A stretch of DNA of 64,000 nt from Heterodontus francisci (taxonomy: Eukaryota). Location of the stretch: contig NC_090397.1 of the NCBI RefSeq assembly GCF_036365525.1, positions 23,558,034-23,622,033 on the forward strand. The letters run 5' to 3'. Made by a program: the position numbers and the translations under genes. Under the pieces are notes generated by a model that saw nothing but the letters and a program-made list of their open reading frames with translations, was not told the origin of the DNA and did no database searches. Positions 1-13,400 of this stretch are shown here, piece after piece (position 1 is the first letter of the stretch; every line of letters starts with the position of its first letter).

Positions 1-670
1 CATGAGATGAGCTTCTGACCACATATCCGCACCATCACTAAGACTGCCTAATTACACCTCCATAACATTGCCTGACTGTGCCCATTAGCTCAGTTTATCT
101 GCTGCTGAAACCCTCGTGCATGCCTTTTATTACTTTCAGACTTGACTATTGCAATGCATTCCTATCCAGCCTCCACATTATACCTACATAAACTTGAGGT
201 CATCCAAAATTCTAACTTGCACGATGTCCCATTCATCCATCACCCCAGTGCTCACTGACCTACACTGGCTCAAGGTAAAGCAACGCCTCAATTTTAAAAT
301 TCTCAAACCTTGTCTTCAAATCTCTCCATGTCCTTACCCCTCCATATCTCTGTAATCTCCTCCAACTCCACAACCCTCTGAGATAGCTAATTCTAATTCT
401 GGTTTCTTGAGCAACCCTGATTTTAATTTCTCCGCCATTGATGGCCATGCCTTCAGTTGCCTAGGTCCTAAGCTCTGGAATTCCCTCCCTAAACCTCTCC
501 ACCTCTCTACCTCTCTTGCCTCCTTCAAGCGATTCCATAAAATCTAACTCTTTGACCAAACTTTTAGTCATCTGCCCCAATGTCTCTTTATGTTGCTTGG
601 TGTCAAATTTTGCTTTATAACACTCCCGTGAAGCACCTTGGGACGTTTTATTATGTTAAAGGCACATTAT
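1..670 (+). mobile_element. L2-clade LINE 3' fragment (decayed)
   Basis: Translates to L2 ORF2 C-terminal motifs (ITPVLTDLHWLKVKQRLNFKIL; a degenerate FVTSRLDY) and ends in the tail 'gtgaagcaccttgggacgttttattatgttaaaggcac'. Same family as 20278-21440 and 44462-45385. Confidence 0.85.
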
Positions 671-934
671 TGTAATGCTAAGTCAATTAATGGCTTCCAG
701 TCCTCACAGAAAATAATCTTGACCATGAAAGCCAAGTGTGGTCAATATGAGTCAGGAGTATGTCTTTACCTAAAAGTACTGAGGGATCAAAGGACAATTC
801 CTTCATGAATTTGAGCAAAGATGGCCAAATAATCTGCAGCTATGAATCACAATGATGGATTCGACCCCTTAAAATGGGCACATATAACATTTGCCACCTG
901 TAGAACCGAATGTTACTACATTATTTTTTATGGA

Positions 935-1463
935 GGCAGGACTGTATTATTGTGTCTAATGCTGCAGATCACACCTTTCGTAAGGATGTCAAGGCCTTGG
1001 TGAGGGTGCAAAGGAAATTTCATAGGAATGAGGGACTTCAGTTATGTCGAGGGACTAGAGAAGTTGGTATTATTCTCCTTAGAGCAGAGGCAGTTAAGGG
1101 GAGCTTTAATAGAAGTGTTGAGAATTATAAAGAGCTTTGAGATAACTAATTAAGGGGAAACGGTTTCCGCTGCCAGGAAGGTCAGTAACCAAAAGACACA
1201 GATTTAAGATAATTGGCAATGGAACCAGAGAGGAGATGAGGAGAAATTTTCTTACGCAGAAAGTTGTTATGATCTGGGGTGCCCTGAAAGGATGGTGGAA
1301 GAAGATTCAATAGTAACTTTCAAAAAGGAGTTGGATATACAATTGAAAAGGACTAAGGGGAAAGAACAAGGAAGTGGGACTAACTGGAGAGCTCTTTCAA
1401 GGAGCCGGCTGTGGCATGATGAGTTAAATGGACTCCTTCTGTGCTGTATGATTCTTTTCTATG
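935..1463 (+). mobile_element. CR1 LINE 3' fragment (decayed)
   Basis: KDVKALVRVQRKF and TFKKELD motifs homologous to the CR1 ORF2 end at 15160-15594; tail 'ctgtgctgtatgattct'. Confidence 0.8.
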
Positions 1464-1643
1464 CTACTTTAATGGATAATATTCTGCCCTCTGTAAATTA
1501 CTGTATTATGCAAATGACACTTAGTCTCTTACCCTTGCCCATCCTTTTACATGAAGCCTAAGTACAGTCAGCATAGAGAGGAATTGTTGAGCCATCACAA
1601 ATGAATCTTGTCATCATTCTGTGTTCCATTCATTGAATTTCAG

Positions 1644-1925
1644 AATCTGGTGATGTTCTTAAGTGAGGTACTTGTTTGGCTGATGGCCGATGTTCCCAAA
1701 GACATTAGCATACGAATGAAAAAGGAGAAAACCCTGCTCGTTGATGTGTTCCTGAAGGAAGAGCAGGAGAAGATTAATCTGATCGAAAGTTTTCTAGTGC
1801 GGGACGGGCAGATGCAAAAGCCCAAGAACGAAGCACACAGGGCTCGAAAGGCCAGCTTCGATCAGATAGCCAGAAGTCAGCGGAGCAGCTTCGCGTCATT
1901 TAGCTCACAGCACACAGACGTCTGA
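1644..1925 (+). CDS. ANO2: Anoctamin-2 (TMEM16B) terminal coding exon
   Basis: Acceptor 'ttgaatttcag|AATCTGGTG' (phase 0). Peptide NLVMFLSEVLVWLMADVPKDISIRMKKEKTLLVDVFLKEEQEK...SFSSQHTDV* matches the ANO1/2 C-terminus after the last TM helix. The SQHT(D/N)V ending is the ANO2 type (mammalian ANO2 ends SQHTNV). Stop TGA at 1923-1925. Confidence 0.9.
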   Translation, partial: NLVMFLSEVLVWLMADVPKDISIRMKKEKTLLVDVFLKEEQEKINLIESFLVRDGQMQKPKNEAHRARKASFDQIARSQRSSFASFSSQHTDV

Positions 1926-2560
1926 GCTTAGGAAGCTCCAGAGGACTAACCACATGTGCCCTTGATACCAGCAGGAAGAAAAGCAAAGCTCGCTGCTTGA
2001 AATAAACTGCATTTAATAATGTTACCCCGAAAGCAAAGAAAATACGAGCTATGTCGTGTACAAGCAGTACTTCAAAATCACAGAACAAAAAAAAAACAGA
2101 TTGCACTGAAATGCAACTGTAGATTAACTTGCACTTATGGAAAGAGTGGGTAATTTTCTGGGTTAAAACCTGCTTGAAAAGTAACATGAAGGTAGCAATG
2201 GAAGCAGAGGGTCATCCACTGAATGTGACTGAGAGATTAGAAAGCGACCTAATGGAAGCTTGATATGATCAGAACTATTAGGTTTAGTTGAGCTCAGTCA
2301 TGCGATGTATGTAAATGTTTGCTACATCTGTAATATACTGTTCATTGTCAAAATAATAAGAAAAACTGCTGTTTGTGTTTTTAAAGAGATTTTAATATTT
2401 ACTGTGCAGTGTACTATGTTACTTTATGCTTAGATACAGTGATTATAATGATAACATTGGGTGTATGCGTGCTATGCCTCCTAGAACAAGTCTATGGTGG
2501 ATAAAATAAACACAAATTTTATTTCAAATTATTTTGGTATTTTTCAAAATTCTATTTTGT
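1926..2560 (+). promoter_or_regulatory. ANO2 3' UTR with candidate polyadenylation signals
   Basis: AT-rich non-repeat sequence after the stop. AATAAA at 2001-2006 and 2505-2510, the latter followed by a T-rich downstream tract. Confidence 0.5.
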
Positions 2561-4452
2561 TAAAGTCAACAATGGAAGATGCAACATTCAAAATCACGTT
2601 CCCTACTCGGAGCCTCATCTACTCAGAGCGCATCTAGGCAAATTTGCTGTCTATATTCCTCCTTACAGGCAGAAATTACAGACGGCGTATGTCCAGATTC
2701 CCAAAATGTGATCCTGGCGGGCAAGGCTCCATGGTGAGAGTGCAGCTTCATATACTTACCCCTTATCTTAATGCATGAGATGGCAGAGTATATACACTTA
2801 ATACACTCATCTGGAATTTGTTTCCCTGCTATTTCAGACGAACATATTAAATGTCTGTAAATTACTGTCCCACCGCAACATTTCAGGACGGTTTACTTAA
2901 CTGTGTCCCAGTGCATGATAATATCTCATGAATGATTCGGAAGGGGTTAATAAGAAGGGATCCATATTCTGTGAATGAAGAGTCTCAAAGATAGAAGTGA
3001 ATTTTTTTTTAAACTTCCATTTTCCTGGGTCAGAGCTTTGTGATGCTCCTGCTCCGCAGTGACAATTTATTTCTTGTAGTTTAGCTGTGAAGCTGCCATA
3101 CAATGTTATCTATAGCAATTAGTGCTCCCAATAAATCAACCCTACTCAGGAGCACAAAATGAAAGCATGATACCTAACTCAAAGAGCCAGGCTAGAGATG
3201 TGCCTACCTGAATTTTCAGCTGCAGCAATAGTTGTATGGCATTAACTTCATGTGTTCCACCACACATAGCATTGCCCTACTACCTGTTGACATGCCATCC
3301 TGTAGAGCTGTCCAATCTGCAGCCATCTGCCTCTCCACTGCAGCACCACCCCTCTCTCTCCACTGCCACATACTTGGGCAAGCTGACCCTCAAAATAAAT
3401 TCCAATTAACAGTTATTTCTTATTTTCTGTTTTGTCCTGTACAGATGTTGTGGGCCTGTAGATATAGAGAGTACTCTCCTTGACCCTGTTGCCTCACTGA
3501 TAGCTATGTTCTGAATAAGACAGATCTTTTAGTATCAGCAACTTGAGATGCATGTACATTAATGGGATTGTGGGTTTCAACTTTAAATGTGGCTGTGTAA
3601 ATACTTAATTTTAGACCACCCTATCTTATTGCACTGATATCCTTTCACATTTCATGTCAATAGTCTGTCATTTTATCCAGCATTTCATAACAACAATGGA
3701 CCAAAGATTGAAAGAATTCATGTTATTAAAACTTCATGCAAATACAGAACCAACACACCTGAGAATATGTATAAGATGCAACTGACTAAAAAGCAGTCAA
3801 TGGGCGGCAAACATGCCACTTGATATCATCTACTAGCTCTGTCTTGGCTTGCAGAAGGTGAATGTCTGACATAGGCTGGCTTATAGAGGACTATTAGAAA
3901 GGCTGACAGCTGAGAGCTAAAATCTCTCCATGCCTCAGCGTGCAAGCTCATCACTCACCGTGATCCCCTCCCACCAGTACCCTCTTCACCCCCCCCCCCC
4001 CCCCCCACCTTCCACTGATCTCACTGTGAGTTAAAATTGAAGCCTTTGTGTGTGTGTGTTTATGTGTGTGTGGCCAAACCAGCAACAAAGCATTTGATCA
4101 CCCCGACTGCCTTCTATGCATACCATAGAGAGCATGAAGTGGTGTGATTGGAGTGGTTCTGATGAACCGTCCAGTATAATGTTTGGTCAGATATTCATGC
4201 AGGATCTGCTTTTTGAGAAGCAGTGCGTACAGGGGCTGCAAAGTGAGTTAATTTTAATTCTCTGCGGACACAGCATTGTAAGTGCTTGGGAAGGGCTCAG
4301 AACACCTCTTCAGCACCCTGACCTATTTCACCTCCCACCATTCTTCTGAACATGCCAACTTGGAGAGACCCATTGGTATCAATAAAGGGAGCTGGGAGCA
4401 AAAAGATAAACATTTAATATAATAAAAAACATTTAATAACAACTGAGACAAT

Positions 4453-4810
4453 AGGCTGAATTTTATTCCCACCTTGGCTCACAGTCAGACCCCTGTTTAA
4501 GTCACGGCAGGCAGCCAATTAACTGCCCATTGTTGACGATGCCATCCCTTTAAGGAATGAGCTCTCACCTCCAGAGCTGTGGGTCAATTACAAGGCCGGA
4601 AGCTCTGCAGTACCAGCAGCGCCACCGAGAGTGGAGGCTGGAATTATCCACTTAAGGCCCTCAATTGGCCTGGGGTGGGAAGGCCACCCTTGACCTTCCC
4701 CGCCATGGACAAAATGGCAGGGAGCTCAGGCAACGTCGGAACGGCACCCCTTTCCATTTTGTTTGCACCCCCTCCCCCCACCCCCTCCTCTGTTCCTGTC
4801 TCCAAGGGAA
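4453..4810. mobile_element. GC-rich non-autonomous DNA element (Harbinger-type MITE remnant)
   Basis: Starts 'ggctgaatttta'; has the internal 'ccacttaaggccctcaattggcc' motif shared with the other MITEs in this window. Confidence 0.5.
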
Positions 4811-7754
4811 AGATAAAAATAAATTATCTTTTTTGGTGGTATTGGTTGAGGGCAAAATGTTGGCCGGGATACTAGGAGAACCCGCTGCTCTTCCTTGAAA
4901 GATTGCCTGAAAGGGAAGACAGAGGCTTTATTTAACGACTTCTCCAAAAGCATAGTAACTGATATTACAGCACCCAATCAGTTAACTCTTTCCCCAGAGC
5001 TCATTGAATTTCATTTGGTGACAGGACAAATGTTGATGAATCTCGCATTTCCAACAACTTGCAGTGCAAAGTATCATGGAAATTAAAAAGGCAAAAGCAA
5101 GTGTAACTAACTGCAGATGCCATTCATTGACAGGTTACAGGAATTTTTGGGCCATTATATATACGTGTGTATATGTGTGTGTGTGTGAATGCACATGCAT
5201 AAAGCCCAACAGAAATGAGGCAGAAGAAAAAGATGTTGCAAGTCTATGACTGAGTTTTGTCAGGTACTCTCATCTTTTTAGCTAAAAGCTGCGAAGTCTA
5301 CTTACATATTAAATGTAAATCAGTGTAGATATTCCTGTGGTACTTAATAAAGTCTCACACTTCTAATTTTGGGGCTCCATTTCGGGATTACAGTACCTAC
5401 TAAAGCATTTAGAAAGGCCAATAAAGAAAAGCAAATCTTGAGCATGACCTCAGAGAAGGCTCCATGAAGGAAACATAAGGAGCCTGAAAGGACATTTGAA
5501 ATCAATTATAACAAAGGCTATGAGAAATAACTTGCAGCTTTCCTCTAATTCCCACAAACCAAGTGACAGTGGTCACTGGTTGGATCATTTTTTTTGCAGC
5601 AGAGCTAACATCTGTTTCCAGGAAAATGCCCCGTGCTTCACACCATAGAAAACAGCGGAATATCTTCCGAAAGGAACATGCCTGTGCAGGATGGATACCA
5701 TCATGTGGACAGTACTGTTGCCAAGAGGATTGGATTCGAGCAGTTGAAGTCCAATCTGTGGTAAAAACGACTGCTCACTGCTCAGCATATACTCTAAGGT
5801 GACAGCAAATGTATTTTCTTTACAACAAAATAATGTTTAATATTCAGGGATTTAAACTCATTTAAATCTTAGGAAAGTTCAAGGCCAGAAATAAAAATCA
5901 GTCCATATAGCTAGGTCCAAAAATGAATAACTATCAATCTTCCATTCTCCCAAATATTTATCCTTTATACTGTTCCTAACTATCTGCCTGCCTGTTTAGT
6001 CTCTTTCACATAATCATGATCCTCTATATAAAGTTGTTAATTCCTCCTTCTAAGTTTCAGCTCTCGAGTTTGTGGCAATCTCCAACATATTTTCCGTTGA
6101 TGCATTCCCTTAACAACATTCACCAGCAATATCACAGGGATTCTCCTGATCTCCCACTTTAAGTTCAGTAGGGAATTGGTGGTAATGTCATGGCTGTTCA
6201 AACTCTCCTAACAGCCCAGATATCTAAATTGAGATGTCTTGAAGTAAACTTTCACACCAATACCTTATTGTAAAGTTATTTTTATTGAATACAGCAAACT
6301 AACACATGCATTGCTGCAGTGCAAAAAGTAAACAAAAACTAGCTGTATTGTTTTAAGTGCAAACATGTGAGAGATCAGTCTTGAAGCAATTAAGATGTTA
6401 AAGTTCTAAAGCATTGTGAAATGATGCAGAGTCAGATTAATCTTGGAGTTTGGCGGATCTTTCAATATTTATAATCGTCATATTTTTTGAATAAATCAGA
6501 GTGTACTATGATAAAGATGACTATGGTATGTGGACAAATAATATGCTGGTTATTAAAGTAATGTTATAAATCCTTTGAAATATATTTTGTAAATTATTTC
6601 CATTTTTCAAGACTTGGAACCAGTCTCAGGAACAACTGATTCTTCTTTGAGTACTTTTCTTTGAAATACCTATAAAGTAAAATTGGAGAGAATGCACAGT
6701 TAAACTGAAGTATCCCAGGATGATAGACATTATAGCACAGAAGGAAGCCATTTCAGCTTATTATCAGTGATAACTCTTCAAAGTGGAATGAAGCAATCAG
6801 ACTCAGAGAGTAAACTGCAGGCCATGACATAATATCATGCATTGATGACAGAGTTTTATTAAAGATACTGCCATACAATTTGTTCACTATTTTTTATTTT
6901 CCTCTTTAGTAAGCACATCCCACCAGATGGGAGAAGGAGCCAGTCTGGTAGTGGTGAGGGATCAACCGCAGCGCAATGAACTTCATTAGCCTGCTCCAGC
7001 TGGGATGAATGACTAAGTAATGACTATCCCCCTTGAGTGGGGGGAGGTAGGCAGGGTGTGAGCTCTAGGAAGATGTTAAGATATTCAGGCTCCAGCAATA
7101 TCCTTGCCCACTGTTCAGTATTAAGAGCTCCTTAAACCTTTGCTGCACCAAACTACACCTAACTAACTAAACTAAACTAAACTAAACTCCATGGCACCCG
7201 CCTCATGGGGAGGCAATAATTTGTGACAGCTTCCTTAACCCTCTGTTGCAAGGAGAAACTGGCTGTTCCGGCTGACGATTAGAACTTATTTAAAACACAG
7301 GACCACTAGTAAACCAGCACTAGTATACTTTCCATTGACTGCAAGAAAGACAGATACCTGGGTTTCTGGTGGGTTGTGTCATCCCAACAGTCCCAATCCT
7401 TTCGGTAATGTCAGAAGAAAAGGGGGCAAGAAGTGCCTGCAAACACTCCAGCCCCACACTATCTCCTTCCGCAGCATCCATTAGAATATTTAATGCCCCG
7501 AATTCTGGCTCCTCTACCGCAACATCCAGTACAAACCTTCCAGGCCTTGGAATTTCCATGCACAAAGTTTTAAACGTCAAAAATAAATACATTTTTAAAA
7601 ATTAGCCTTAAAACTTCAGTCTTTCTTGGGATGGATTCAAGCACAGGCTTGGAAGAGGGATTGTAAGTTGATGCAAAACATTTCAGTCCCTCCAGTAGGT
7701 TTCCATCCCTTCAGCCTAGAAAAAGTATATTGATGTGTGAGTGTGACTGGTAGG

Positions 7755-8085
7755 GACAGCCTTTATTGCCCATCTCGAATTGCCCTGTTACAACTGAGTG
7801 GCTAGCTAGGCCACTTCAGAAGGCAGTTAAGAGTCAACAACATTAACACGGGACTGGATTCACATCAGGTAAGGAGGGCAGGTTCACTTTTATAAAGGAC
7901 ATTATTGAAACAGTTGGCTTTTTACACCAATTCAACAGCTTCATGGTCACTTTTCTGATGCCAGCTTCTTACATCCAGATTGTTTTCAAATTCTCCAATT
8001 GCCATGGTGTGGACTGAACTCATGTGCTTTCAATTATTAGTCCGGGTGTCTGCATTACTAGTCCAGTAATATAACCACTATGATG
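7755..8085 (-). mobile_element. SINE-like repeat sharing the 'tttattgcccatc' LINE tail
   Basis: Plus-strand 'ctttattgcccatctcgaattgccc' matches the end of the LINE at about 51600. The other end is the reverse complement of the tRNA-like head at 8610-8745. Confidence 0.6.
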
Positions 8086-8609
8086 CAGGAAGGAGAGCAC
8101 TTCTTCTGCCTGTCCTTCCCACCTCCCAGTTGTAGTCTGGGAACATTTCTGGAGGCATTCCTCTGTTATCTAAATACATTTTAATTCCATGCATATTTTC
8201 TGATTTCTTAAGTATTGTGCTCTAGGGTTATTTTCAATGTTATTATACAGTTATTTTCTTGAGGTTTTTGCCCGTATTTTACTTGCCAGAAATTTAATTG
8301 ATGCAATTCTAATTTTGAAAATTGGCACATAATGAAAATTCCTCTTTTTTATGTTATTTAGAAGATAAAGGAGAGGATGAGAGGTGGGATGCGAAGTAGG
8401 TCAGATTGTCTGAAGGGACTATAATCACTTTTAACTACCTTTGCCATTATGTCTACAAGAGCTTGCCTACCTTGGATTGGAGGAAGAAAGCTACCTTCAC
8501 AGGACCTGCTTCACTAGAGTTGCAGTGACAGAGTTGTGCTGTCTCTAAGAATCTGTCCTCCAGCCAACCTGCACCATAGAGCTGGAACTGACACTGACAC
8601 TCAAGAGGT

Positions 8610-8745
8610 GTGGTACCATAGTGGTTCTATTACTGAATTGGTAATCCAGATACCAGGCTTGATAATCTGGAGATGTGAGTTCATATCCCACCATATCAGT
8701 TGGTGAATTTAAATTCAGTTAATTAAATAAATCTAGAATTAAATA
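8610..8745 (+). mobile_element. tRNA-like SINE head fragment
   Basis: A-box-like 'tggtaccatagtgg' and B-box-like 'gagttcatatccc'; homologous in reverse to about 7980-8085. Confidence 0.5.
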
Positions 8746-9467
8746 GGCGGACGGGACTTCACTACCGATGTAAAAGTCGGTGGCAAACCCTCTTCCGCCC
8801 AGCCCAGGAATCCGACCTTTACGGGTCCCCGGGCTTTAATTGGCCCGAGGCGGGACTTCCGCCCGCTTGAGGGAGGAGGTCCCGCCTCAGTGAGCTGCCG
8901 GCCAATCAGCGGGCCGGCAGTTCTTGGGCCCAACAGCGCCACCGGAATGGGTGGTCACTGCTGGGACTGCAGCCCAGCCAACGCCATGGAGCCAGGAGAC
9001 CAGGTAAGTTGGACATGTCTCGGCGGGGGGCGGGGGAGGGTGGTCGCTCATGGCGGCGAGGCAAGGGTAGTTGTTTGGGGGGAGCGGGGGCATCTTGGGT
9101 CCAGAGGTGGGTTGGGAGGTGGGGGCGGCCCTCAATCTGGCACCCTGTGCCCGACTGCTGGCAGCTATCGCTGGGTGGCCTTTCATCTCCTCAGCACACC
9201 CGCTTGCAATGGGTAAAATACCCGTGGAGGTGGGCGAATGTCCTTAAATGGCCGTTGTGGCCACTTAATGGCCTCAATTGGCCTGGGGCGAGTGGGCCGT
9301 TTGCCTCCCACCCCCCCCCCCCCCCCCCCACCACCACCCACTGTAAAGTTGATCGGAGGGGGGAGCGGGGCGGGAAAGCCTACCGGAGCCGCCTGCTCAA
9401 TTTTACGCCGCCCCATCTGCCCCCATGCCACCATCTGACCCACTTGGGCAGCGTAAAATTCAGTCCG
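8746..9467. mobile_element. GC-rich Harbinger-type MITE
   Basis: CpG-rich island with 'ttaattggcc' motifs, ending 'gtaaaattcagtcc', a degenerate form of the GGCTGGATTTT TIR family. Confidence 0.6.
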
Positions 9468-10499
9468 ATGTGTGGGGTGCCGGTCAAGTGGGCTGCTTTG
9501 TCCTGGATGGTGTCGAGCTTCTTGAGTGTTGTTGGAGCTGCACCCATCCAGGCAAGTGAAGAGTATTCCATCACACTCCTGACTTGTGCTTTGTAGATGG
9601 TGAACAGGCTTTGGGGAGTAAGGAGGTGAATTACTCACTGCAGAATTCCTAGCCTCTGACCTACTTTTGTAGCCACTGTATTTATATGACTGGTCCTGTT
9701 TAGTGTCTGGTCAATGGTAACCCCAGGATGTCGATGGTAGGGGAGTCAGCAATGGTAATGCGATTGAATGTCAAGGGAGGATGGTTAGATTCTCTCTTGT
9801 TTGAGATGGTCATTGCCTGGCACTTATGTGGTGCAAATGTTACTTACCACTTATCATCCCAAACCTGAATGTTGTCCAGGTCTTGCTGCATATGGGCACA
9901 GACTGCTTCACTAACTGAGGAGTTGTGAATGGTACTGAACACTGTGCAATCATCAGCAAACATCCCCACGTCTGATCTTATGGTGGAAGAAAGATCATTG
10001 GTGAAGCAGCTGAAGATGGTTAGGCCCAGGACACTACCCTGAGGAACTCCTGCAGCAATGTCCTGGGGCTGAGATGATTGGCATTTAGCACAATCATCTT
10101 CCTTTGCATTAGGTATGACTCCAACCAGCGGAGAGCTTTCCCCCTGATTCCCATTGACTTCAGTTTTGCTCCTTGATGCCATACTCGGTCAAATGCTGCC
10201 TTGATGTTAAGGGCAGTCACTCTCATTTCACCTCTGGAATTCAACTCTTTTGTCCATGTTTGGACCAAGGCTGTAATGAGGTCAGGAGCTGAGTGGTGCT
10301 GCTGGAACCCAAACTGAACAGGTTATTGGTGAGTAAGTGCCACTTGAGAGCACTGTCAGCGTTACCTTCCACACTTTGCTGATGATTGAGAGTAGACTGA
10401 TGGGACAGTAATTGGCCAGATTGGATTTGTACTGTTTTTTGTACCTGGGCAATTTTCAACATTGTTGAGTATTTGCCCGTGTTGTAGCTGTACTTGAAC

Positions 10500-13400
10500 T
10501 AGTTTGGCAGGGGGATGGGAATCTGAGGGTATACTCAGTTGGGACAAAATCAGAAATGAAAATGGAAGGCAGAAAGTTAACAGATGAGTCTGGAAGACAG
10601 AGGAAACAAAGGTTAGAAAATAAAAAAAAGAATTTGGCAGTGCTCAAGGGTATCTATTTCAATGCAAGGAGTATAGCAAATAAAGCAGATGAACTGTGGG
10701 CACAGATAAACACGTGGCAGTGTGATATCATAGCTATTACAGAAACATGGCTTAAGGAGGGACAAGAATGGCAGCTCACGTTCCTGGTTCTAGGGTTTTC
10801 AGACAAGATAGCGTGGGGGATAAGAAAGGAGGGGGAGCGGCAATTTTGGTCAAAGAAACTATTACAGCTGTGAGGAGGGATGATATGTTGGAAGATTCAT
10901 CAAATGAGGCCATATGGATTGAGCTATGGAACAAAAAAGGGGCAATCACACTGCTGTGAATGTACTATAGATCCCCAAACAGTCAGAGGGAGATAGACTG
11001 TAGGCAAATCTCTGAGAAGTGCAAAATGCAAAAAACAATAGGGTAGTAATAGTAGGGGATTTTAACTACCCCAATATTAACTGAGGGAGCAGAATTCTTG
11101 AGGTGCATTCAGGAGAACTTTTACGGCCAGTATGCAGCAAGTCCAATAAGAGAAGGCACAGTCTTAGATTTAATTTTAGGATATGAAGATGGGCAGGTGG
11201 AAGGAGTGGCAGTGGGACAGCATTTTGGTAGTAGTGATCATAATTCAGTCAGTTTTAACACAATTATGGAAAAGGACAGAGATAGAACAGGAGTTAGAGT
11301 TCTCAATTGGGGCAAGGCCAATTTTACTAAACTGAGGAATGATTTAGCAAAAGTGGACTGGAAATGGCTACTTTGAAGGTAAGTCAGTGTCAGAGCAGTG
11401 GGAGGCATTCAAAGGGGGGATTCAAGGGGTTCAGAATTAACATGTTCCCACAAAGAAAAAGGGTGAGACAGCCAAATCCAGAGCCCCATGAATGTCAAGG
11501 AGCTTACAAGGTAAGATAAAGCAGAAAAGGAAAGATTTTGTCTGACACCAAGAACTCAATACTACAGAAAGCTGAGAGGCATATATAAAATGGAGGAGTG
11601 AAATCAAAAAGGAAATTAGGAAAGCAAAGAGCGGGCATGAAAACATATTGGCAAGCAAAGTGAAGGTGAACCCAAAGATGTTTTATCAATACATTAAGAG
11701 TAAGAAGATAACTAAGGAGAGTGTAGGGCCCATAAAAGACCAAAAAGATAACCTATGTGTAGGGGTGGAAGATGTTGGTATTGTTCTTAATGAATACTTT
11801 GTGTCTGTCTTCACAAAAGAAGGGGACGATGCAGATATTGTAGTTAAGGAGGAGGAGTATAAAGTATTGGATGTGATAAACATAGGGAAACAGGAAGTAT
11901 TAATGAGATTAGCATCCTTGAAAGTTGATAAATCACCAGGGCGAGATGAAATGTACCACAGGCTGTTAAAAGAAGCAAGAGAAGAAATAGTGGAAGGTCT
12001 GACCATCATTTTCCAGTCCTCACTGGATACAGGTGTGGCGCCAGAGGATTGGAGAACTGCTAAAGTTGTACCTCTGTTGAAAAAGGGAGCGAGGGATAAT
12101 TACAGGCCAGTCAGTCGAACCTCAGTAGTGGGCAAATTATTGGAATCTATTCTGAGAGACAGGATAAACTGTCACTTAGAAAGGCACAATTCTGATGAAG
12201 GGTCACTAACCTGAAATGTTAACTCTGCTTCTCTCTCCACAGATGCTGCCAGACCTACTGAGTATTTCCAGCATTTCTTGTTTTTAATTACAAATTAATC
12301 AAGGATAGTCAGCATGGATTTGTTAAGGGAAGATCTTGTTTGACCAACTTGATTTTGAAGAAGTAACAAGGAAGATAGATGAGGGTAGTGTAGTTGATGT
12401 GGTCTACATAGATTTTAGCAAGGTTTTTAACAAGATCCCACATGGCAGACTGGTTAAAAGGATAAAACCCCATGGGATCCAGAGAAATTCAGCAAAATGG
12501 ATACAACATTGGCTCAGTGGCAGGAAAAAAAGGGTAATTGTTGACTGGTGTTTTTGTGACTGGACGGCTGTTTCCAGTGGTGTTCCGCAGGGCTCAGTAC
12601 TGGGTCCCCTGCTTTTTGTAGTATATATTAACGATTTAGACGTAAATGTAGGGGGCATGATCAAGAAGTTTGCAGACGACACAAAGATTGGCCATGTGGT
12701 AGATAATGAGATAGGAAGATATTGATGGTCTGGTCAGATAGGCAGAAAAGTGGCAAATGGAATTCAACCTGGAAAAGTGTGAGGTGATGCATTTGGGGAG
12801 GTCAAACAAGGCAAAGGAATACATGATTAATGGGAACATACTGACAAGTGTAGGGCATGTGAGGGACCTTGGAGTGAATGTCCACAGATCCCAGAAGGTA
12901 GCAGGACAGGTCCATAAAGTGGTTAAGAAGGCATATGGAATCCTTTCCTTTATTAGCCAAAGTATATAACATAAGAACAGGGAGGTTATGCTGGAACTGT
13001 ATAACTCATTGGTTAGGCCACAACTTGAGTACTGTGTGAAGTTCTGGTCACCTCATTACAGAAAGGATGTAATTGCACTCGAGAGGGTATGGAGGAGATT
13101 TATGAGGATGTTGCTGGGACTGGAAAAATGCAGCTATGAGGAAAAATTGGATAGGCTGGGGTTGTTCTCCTTGGAAGAGAGAAGGCTGAGGGGAGATCTG
13201 ATTGAAAAGTACAAAATTTTGAGGGGCCTGGAAAGAGTGGAGGTGAAGGGCATATTTGCCTTAGCAGAGAGGTCAGTGACTAGGGGGTATAGAGTTAAAG
13301 TGATTGGTAGAATAAATAGAGGGTAGATGAGGAAATATTTTTCACCCAGATGGTGGTGGGGGTCTGGAACTCACTGCTTGAAAGGGTAGTTGAGGCAGAA

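Noticed and set aside
1608-1643. N-terminal MSSFCVPFIEFQ of the 105-aa ORF
   Set aside because: Intronic pyrimidine tract and acceptor; the exon starts after the CAG at 1641-1643.
6975-7040. Possible HDV-like or twister ribozyme on the minus strand (gggat/atccc and tcatta/taatga pairings)
   Set aside because: The segment that should form P3/L3 is too short and lacks the conserved residues; the fold could not be completed by eye.
8739-9638. Many overlapping GC-rich ORFs resembling a CpG-island promoter
   Set aside because: They lie within a MITE and adjoining LINE, and similar sequence recurs elsewhere in the window.
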